Shown one piece after another: positions 57,445 through 64,000 of a stretch of DNA of 64,000 nucleotides. A program made the position numbers and the translations under genes. The notes beneath the pieces were generated by a model. The model did not search any database. It worked only from the letters and a program-made list of their open reading frames with translations, and was not told the origin of the DNA. The number at the start of each line of letters is the position of its first letter. The stretch's first letter is position 1. Where the stretch lies: NCBI GenBank assembly GCA_963785235.1, contig CAWAUM010000007.1, positions 160,001 to 224,000 of the forward strand, given 5' to 3'. The DNA is from an uncultured delta proteobacterium. GTDB lineage: Bacteria > Desulfobacterota > Desulfomonilia > UBA1062.

Positions 57445-58776
57445 ATGTTTAATTGCAAGACAAGTAATGACGTACTCAAGGCGGTTAAAGAGCATAAGGT
57501 CAGCTTTATCCAGTTCTGGTTCACCGATGTCCTGGGCAGACTCAAAAGCTTCAATATCACACCATTGGAACTTGAAGAGGGACTCGAAGAGGGCATGGGG
57601 TTTGATGGATCATCCATAGAAGGGTTTGCCCGCATCCATGAGAGCGATATGATCGCCAAGCCTGATGTAACCACCTTCCAGCTGGTGCCCTGGAGGCCCT
57701 CGGATAAGCCGGTTGCGCGCATGATCTGTGATATCCAGAACCCTGACGGCACACCGTATGACGGCGACCCGCGCTATGCCCTGAAAAGGGTTATCAAGAA
57801 GGCATCGGACAAGGGGTATACCTGTTACCTGGGACCCGAGCTGGAATACTTTTACTTTGCCGATGACAAGGGTACCCAGATCCTTGACAAGGGCGGCTAC
57901 TTCGACGGCCTTCCCATTGATGCCGGCACCGAGATGAGGAGAGACACCATCTTCGCACTGCAGGACATGGGGATAGGTGTGGAATACAGCCATCATGAGG
58001 TTGCGCCGTCCCAGCATGAGATCGATCTGAAATACTCAGAGGCGCTGAAGATGGCCGATATCGTCATGACCTACCGCACAGCAGTCAAGGAGATAGCCCG
58101 TCAGAAAGGAGTTTATGCCACCTTCATGCCCAAGCCCATTGCAGGTGAGAACGGCAGCGGCATGCACGTGCACCAGTCTCTTTTCAAAGGAAAAGAGAAT
58201 GCCTTTTTTGATGCCAAGGACAAGTATCATCTATCAAAGATCGGCAAGAGCTACATTGCGGGCATACTTGTCCATGCACCTGAGCTCTGTGCCATAACCA
58301 ATCAGTGGGTGAACTCCTATAAGAGGCTTGTGCCAGGTTATGAGGCCCCGGTTTATGTGGCCTGGGCCCGCAGGAACCGTTCCGCCATGGTCAGGGTGCC
58401 CATGTACAAGCCCGGCAAGGCCAATGCCACAAGGGCCGAGTTCAGGGCCCCGGACCCTGCCTGCAATCCGTACCTGGCATTTGCGGTACAGCTCGCTGCA
58501 GGACTTGAAGGCATTGATAAAAAATATGTACTGCCTGAGCCGGTAGAGGAAGACATCTTTGAAATGGATGAGAAGGCCCGTGCAAAGGCCGGAATTATCT
58601 CGCTTCCAGGCAGCCTCTTTGAGGCGATTCAGGAAATCTCCAGGAGCAAGCTTGTACGGAATGCACTTGGCGATCATATCTTCGATAAGTTCATAGAGAA
58701 CAAGAAGAAGGAGTGGGACGCATTCCGGATTCATGTGAGCAAGTATGAGATTGACACGTATCTCCCTGTGCTATAG
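57445..58776 (+). CDS. glnA: Glutamine synthetase type I
   Basis: RBS GGAGG before the ATG at 57445; FDGSSIEG, HHEVAPSQHE, FMPKP..GENGSGMH and NSYKRLVPGYEAP; 443 aa. Confidence 0.95.
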   Translation: MFNCKTSNDVLKAVKEHKVSFIQFWFTDVLGRLKSFNITPLELEEGLEEGMGFDGSSIEGFARIHESDMIAKPDVTTFQLVPWRPSDKPVARMICDIQNPDGTPYDGDPRYALKRVIKKASDKGYTCYLGPELEYFYFADDKGTQILDKGGYFDGLPIDAGTEMRRDTIFALQDMGIGVEYSHHEVAPSQHEIDLKYSEALKMADIVMTYRTAVKEIARQKGVYATFMPKPIAGENGSGMHVHQSLFKGKENAFFDAKDKYHLSKIGKSYIAGILVHAPELCAITNQWVNSYKRLVPGYEAPVYVAWARRNRSAMVRVPMYKPGKANATRAEFRAPDPACNPYLAFAVQLAAGLEGIDKKYVLPEPVEEDIFEMDEKARAKAGIISLPGSLFEAIQEISRSKLVRNALGDHIFDKFIENKKKEWDAFRIHVSKYEIDTYLPVL

Positions 58777-58855
58777 ATGATGACCTCAGCTGCCCGGGCT
58801 TATGTGTCCGGGCAGCTTCATAATATCTAAGAGAGCGAGAACAGGAGTCAGGCAG

Positions 58856-59998
58856 TTGTTTGGAAAGCTGAAGAATCCCGCAGTCCTGGTACTTGAAGAT
58901 GGTGCCGTTTTTCGAGGGAGCGCTTTTGCCGGTACAGGTGACTGCCTTGGAGAGGTCGTCTTCAATACCGGCATGACCGGCTACCAGGAAGTCCTCACCG
59001 ACCCATCGTATAAGGAACAAATCCTTGTCATGACCTATCCCCTTATGGGGAATTACGGGGTCAGCCTAGAAGACATGGAATCTCTTCATATCCACATGGA
59101 AGGGTTCATTGTAAGGGAGTATCAAAACAATCCAAGCAATTGGCGTTCAATAAAAACATTGCAGGAATTCCTTGAAGACAATGGCAAGATAGGTGTTGAA
59201 GATATTGATACCAGGGCGTTGACGCGCCGTATCCGTACCCAAGGGGCCATGCGTGGCATAATCTCCACGAGGGTAGGGCATATAGACGAACTCCTTGAAA
59301 AGGTCCGCGAATACCCCGGGCTCGTAGGCAGGGATATCGTGAAGGATGTCACCTGTCTGGAGCCTTATATCTGGCAAGACAATACAAAGGTGGCCATAGA
59401 GGCCCTGAGAGCAAAGTCAAACAGGCTTCGTGTGGTGGTAGTGGACTGCGGGGTCAAGCTCAATATATTAAGGATGCTCGACGGACATGGCTGTGAAGTT
59501 ATTGTTGTGCCTGCAGGGACTCCTTCAAAGGTAATCATGTCCATGAACCCTGACGGTGTGCTTCTTACGAACGGTCCGGGTGACCCGGCACCACTGACGT
59601 ATCTGATTGATACCGTGAAAGAAATGCTCGGAAGAATCCCCATATTCGGCATCTGTCTGGGGCATCAGATACTGGGCCAGGCAGTGGGAGGAAGAACGGC
59701 AAAGCTGAAATTCGGACATCACGGCATTAACCAGCCTGTAAAAAACCTCAGGACAGGCCGGGTGGAAATCTCTTCCCAGAATCACGGATTTGTTGTCCTT
59801 GCTGAAACTTTACCGGAAGACACACAGATCACCCACATCAATTTAAACGATAATACTCTGGAGGGTCTTGGTTACCCCGGCATGCAGGCTTTCAGTGTGC
59901 AGTATCACCCAGAGGCTGCGCCTGGTCCGAAAGATTCCGGTTATCTGTTCCGGGAATTCATTGAACTCATGGAGCAGCATATTATGAGAGCAGCCTAG
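58856..59998 (+). CDS. carA: Carbamoyl-phosphate synthase small subunit
   Basis: GEVVFNTGMTGYQE, NGPGDP, GICLGHQ and QYHPEA. Start placed at TTG 58856 after AGGAG; the ORF extends to 58802. Confidence 0.95.
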   Translation: MFGKLKNPAVLVLEDGAVFRGSAFAGTGDCLGEVVFNTGMTGYQEVLTDPSYKEQILVMTYPLMGNYGVSLEDMESLHIHMEGFIVREYQNNPSNWRSIKTLQEFLEDNGKIGVEDIDTRALTRRIRTQGAMRGIISTRVGHIDELLEKVREYPGLVGRDIVKDVTCLEPYIWQDNTKVAIEALRAKSNRLRVVVVDCGVKLNILRMLDGHGCEVIVVPAGTPSKVIMSMNPDGVLLTNGPGDPAPLTYLIDTVKEMLGRIPIFGICLGHQILGQAVGGRTAKLKFGHHGINQPVKNLRTGRVEISSQNHGFVVLAETLPEDTQITHINLNDNTLEGLGYPGMQAFSVQYHPEAAPGPKDSGYLFREFIELMEQHIMRAA

Positions 59999-60123
59999 AC
60001 ACTTGTCCCATATGCCGCTACAATGATATACAAGGCAACCCAAGAGGTGACAGTTGGGTAGCCTCGAAGACGTGAACCCATGAAAAGTTCTGTGAAAAAG
60101 GGGCGTCCATATTGAATGGCCTT

Positions 60124-63100
60124 ATGAGAAGACTGCTGGAGATAAAAAGATGGAAGGTCTCGGCTGGAACACGTCCCAGGGATCTGACAGGACCGGGTGT
60201 TATCTTTTTCCCGATCCTTGATAATTTCCTTTCCTGCGGACTTGCCGGTTTTATCACTATCAAGGGTGGGAAAATTACGGGTAAAGATGGTATTCCCGAA
60301 AGTATGGCGGCACATATCGATGAAGTGTGCGGTCATGATATCACCAAGCTGATCAAAGGAAAGACGGAGTGCGGCAACTACCTCAAACCGGATGCGCTCC
60401 AGGCACTTGAGAAGGATCTCCATTATCTGAAACAGGATGCCTGTCTCCAGCACAGACTGTGCTGTGGAAAAGGCATAGAACTTCTGAAAAAATTATCCGA
60501 CAGGCTCGTAGTATTCATCGATAAGGAAGACTCACTTATCGAGAAAGAGGCAAAGGATTTTTCCGTCAGGTGATCTTGAGGTCATTGCCTCCCGTATGAT
60601 TGCCTTAAAGGACTTCGCCTGGGCATTAAGGGAGGATATCCTTAAGAATCAGGATCAAGATTCTGGACCTTGCAGGGGCCAAGGCCCTGGAGGATGAGAA
60701 CTACTACTGCCGCTATCACAAGATAAATTCCTGTCTGAATGCCCTGGACAGGCTTGAGGTCAGGGGGCGGGACTCGGCAGGGTTGCAGGTGATGGTGAAA
60801 TTCAAAAAGCTTGAGGCTATGGACTCCCTGCGGCATACCCTTGAACAGCAGGGCCTCTGTGACCAGTTCATCTTAAGGTGCTCTCCGAGTGACCTTCTTG
60901 ACGGTTCCATTCATCATGGTGATACCGTAATTACCTTCACCTACAAAACCGCCCAGATCACGGGCCAGCTTGGAGACAACACCAATAAGCTGAGGAACTA
61001 TATCAAGAATGATCATATCCTGAGGGCGGCCCTTTCTTTGGATGCCGATTCGGAGGCATATCTGTCCCACACAAGGTGGGCATCCGTGGGCGCCATCAAC
61101 GAGATCAACTGCCACCCGGTGAACAGCCATACCATCTACATGACGGCCGAACCCGTGAACGGCAGCGCCGGTGGTACGCAAGACATATCCTTTCTATGGC
61201 AACGGCGCCTGGACCGTCAGTGCGGCCTTAAACGGCGATATCGACAACTACCACCTCATCAAGGGCAACATGGAGACCTTCAACAGGGTCGCAGATCCCA
61301 ATGTGACCACAGACACCAAGGTGATACCCCTGCAGATCGATCGGTATCTTTACCACGGGCATGACCTGAAAGAGGCCTTTCGAAGGGCTGTGAATGATTT
61401 CGAGGGGTCGCATGCCATAGCAATGGAGAGCAACCTGGAACCCGGCAAGATATTCCTTTCACTCAAGGGCAGCGGTCAGACTATCTATGTGGGGCTTCTG
61501 CAGAATGGCTACATGTTTGCCTCCGAGGTCTATGGACTCGTTGAAGAGACCTCCCATTTCATCAAGATGGATGGAGAGACGTTCCAGGACCCGGGCAACC
61601 CCAATTCTCAGGGCCAGATCTTTATCCTGAGCAATGACAAGGGAACAGGGCTTGATGGGATTGAGGCAATGTCATACGACGGGCATCCGCTTGAGCTGAC
61701 CGAAAAGGATATCAATATCGCCCAGATCACCACCCGCGATATCAACCGCGGCGAGCATTCCCATTTCCTCATCAAGGAGATCATGGATGCCCCCCAGTCC
61801 ATCCATAAGACCCTTCTGGGCAAGTACCGCATCACCAATAAGAAAGAGGTGATATTCAACCTGGACGAAGGCGTGGTTTCTAAAAGGACACGCGAGTTCC
61901 TGACACAGGGCAGGATCAGAAATATCTATGTAGTCGGCCAGGGTACGGCGGCGGTCGCGGCCTCTGCGGTAGCTGAGGCCATATCGGCCTACCTCAAGGA
62001 TTCACCCATAAGCGTTCAGTCCAGGAAGGCCTCTGACCTGTCGGGATTCATGCTTGATGACGATATGTCGGACACCATCGTGATTGCCATTACCCAGTCG
62101 GGAACCACCACCGACACGAACCGGGCGGTCACCATGGCAAGGCAGCGCGGTGCACATCTCATAGCCATCGTGAACCGAAGACAGTCGGATATCACAACCA
62201 AGGTCGACGGTGTGTTCTATACAAGCGACGGCAGGGATATCGAGATGTCCGTTGCCTCCACAAAGGCCTTCTATTCGCAGATCGTTGCCGGATTCGTGAT
62301 TGCGCTTTTCTTTGCCAAGCTCATCAGAACATCTGCCTGATAATGTAATAGCACATGATCTCCTGGAGCTTGAAAGGGCCCCTGAACTCATGTTGAAGGT
62401 GATCAGGAAAAGGGAAGCAATCAGGAAATACGGCATGGGAACTGGTAAGGAAAAAGCAGTACTGGGCAGTGGTTGGAAGCGGCATTAACAAGGTGGCATC
62501 CGACGAAATCCGCATCAAGCTCTCCGAACTCTGTTACAAGACCATCTCTTCAGACATAATCGAGGACAAGAAGCACATCGATCTGTCCTCCGAGCCCCTT
62601 ATCCTGGTATGCGCAGCAGGAAGTCCCGAGATGGTCCTGGAAGACATTGTTAAAGATGTGGCCATATTCAAGGCCCATTCCGCGGCTGTGGTGGTAATTA
62701 CCGACGAAGGAGAGCACCGGTTTGACGCCGTCTCGGATGAGGTCATCCGTGTCCCCAGGGCCGACTTTCCCTTATGCGTCATCTTCAATACCCTTGCAGG
62801 CCACCTCTGGGGATACTATGCAGCGTGCAGCCTTGATTCCCTTGCTCAGTCCATGAAGGCCTTCAGGACACGCCTGGCCGAGGTGTCGATGGCACAGGAA
62901 AAGAAGGAATACACTATCTACGAGAGTATGCAGGACAGGGAACTGCATAGTGTCGTAGACGAATTTGCTTTGGACTTCAATGGGTGGCGTAACAGCGGGC
63001 AGCTTACCTCTTTGAGTGTGGAGGTGGCCTCGGACATGTCGTTGCTGCTGAAGTATGCCAAGGGGAAGCTCCCCGTGGAGGACTTCTGGTCGGAGTTCGA

Positions 63101-63842
63101 GAACAAGCGCGTCTCTTCATCACCCATAGACATGCTTGACCTCACCCTGAAAAGGGCCATTGATGAGCTCTCACGGCCTGTGGACGCCATACGGCACCAG
63201 GCAAAGACCGTTACCGTCGGCACAAGCAGGAAGGCCGAGGCCCAGCATGGGCCGATATTCGATGTATTCGGCGAGCTCGGTTTTTCCATAGAGAATGTCC
63301 GGGCCAAGGATGTGATTATCATCAAGAGGCTTCAGAATGCCCTTTCAGCGGTCAAGGGATATACCCTCTACGAGGTCGGCGGCCTCGATGAGCAAGGGAT
63401 ACCTACGGATGCCTCCACTTTGAAAATCGTATCCAGGCATGGGGTAACACAGACCATGCCTTCCCGGTATGACAAACCGGGCCCCTTGAGGGGCACCAAG
63501 AATACCATTGTAAGGACCGGTAAGGTGTATGCTGGCATAGGCAGGTCAGACAATGCACCTATCGTTATCGTGCCTGTCTTCGGGCAGCAGCGCATCATTA
63601 CCCATCTTCTCCTGCTCCAGGTGGACTTCGACGAGGGGCTTGGCATTGAACAGAAGAAGGAGACTCTGGGCCTGAAGCTTAACGATATTACGAATATTAT
63701 CAATGAGTATAACATACCATGGAAAGATGAGTTTCTTGAGGGCTTGCCACTCAAATATCTCCTCAATGAAGATGTGGAGGTCATAGCCAAAAAGATCAGG
63801 TCATCCCTTGAATGGCTATTAGACAGGCCTAAAAAGTTATGA
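60124..63842 (+). CDS. Long GlmS-like Ntn-amidotransferase/SIS protein, multiply frameshifted
   Basis: Fragments include SCGLAG, RLEVRGRDSAG, HTRWASVG, NGDIDN, TDTKVI, GQGTA, QSGTTTDT, EMSVASTKAF and KLSELCY..IEDKKH. Confidence 0.8.
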
Positions 63843-63885
63843 TGCTCCCACAGAATGATACAGGAACGAAGACATAAGGTGCAGC

Positions 63886-64000
63886 ATGCCCAAACGGACA
63901 GACATCAAGAAGATTCTCATCATAGGCAGCGGGCCCATCATCATATCCCAGGCATGTGAGTTCGACTACTCCGGGGTACAGGCCTGCAAGGCCCTCAGAG
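63886..64000 (+). CDS. carB: Carbamoyl-phosphate synthase large subunit (5' end only)
   Basis: [38 protein letters not shown]; runs off the window. Confidence 0.93.
   Translation, partial: MPKRTDIKKILIIGSGPIIISQACEFDYSGVQACKALR

Overview
This looks like a chromosomal segment of an anaerobic Desulfobacterota/Deltaproteobacteria-like bacterium (inferred from gene content and sigma54 regulation). It carries many single-base indels, probably long-read errors. From left to right: (1) rpsB-tsf-pyrH-frr, a tandem-RHH-like protein, a HEAT membrane protein, Mrp, a large GH13, glmM and a GlmU-like protein. (2) purF, guaA and dapF on the minus strand. (3) A PAS kinase and a sigma54-driven type III glutamine synthetase. 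(4) An integrase-less integron array at 21.25-25.6 kb, with five attC sites, an attI-like site and a consensus sigma70 promoter. Its cassettes encode a class III nucleotidyl-cyclase-like protein, a HEPN-like protein, RidA, VapBC and Phd-RelE. (5) A sigma54 operon encoding AsrB/HydG-like, selenocysteine FdhF and AsrA/HydB-like subunits, followed by five signalling genes; two promoters here share a tandem enhancer motif. (6) A large nitrogen cluster: a four-gene segmented glutamate synthase module, asnB, glnD, glnK and amtB, then divergently a NifA-like regulator, two PEP-synthase-like ATP-grasp proteins with sensory-type N-termini, glnA, carA, a double-length GlmS-like gene and the start of carB. 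The best candidates for undescribed systems are the NifA-like/PEP-synthase-like nitrogen module with its ACA-N4-TGT enhancer pairs, the cyclase and HEPN cassettes, the FdhF(Sec)-HydBG-like complex and the GltD-less glutamate synthase.
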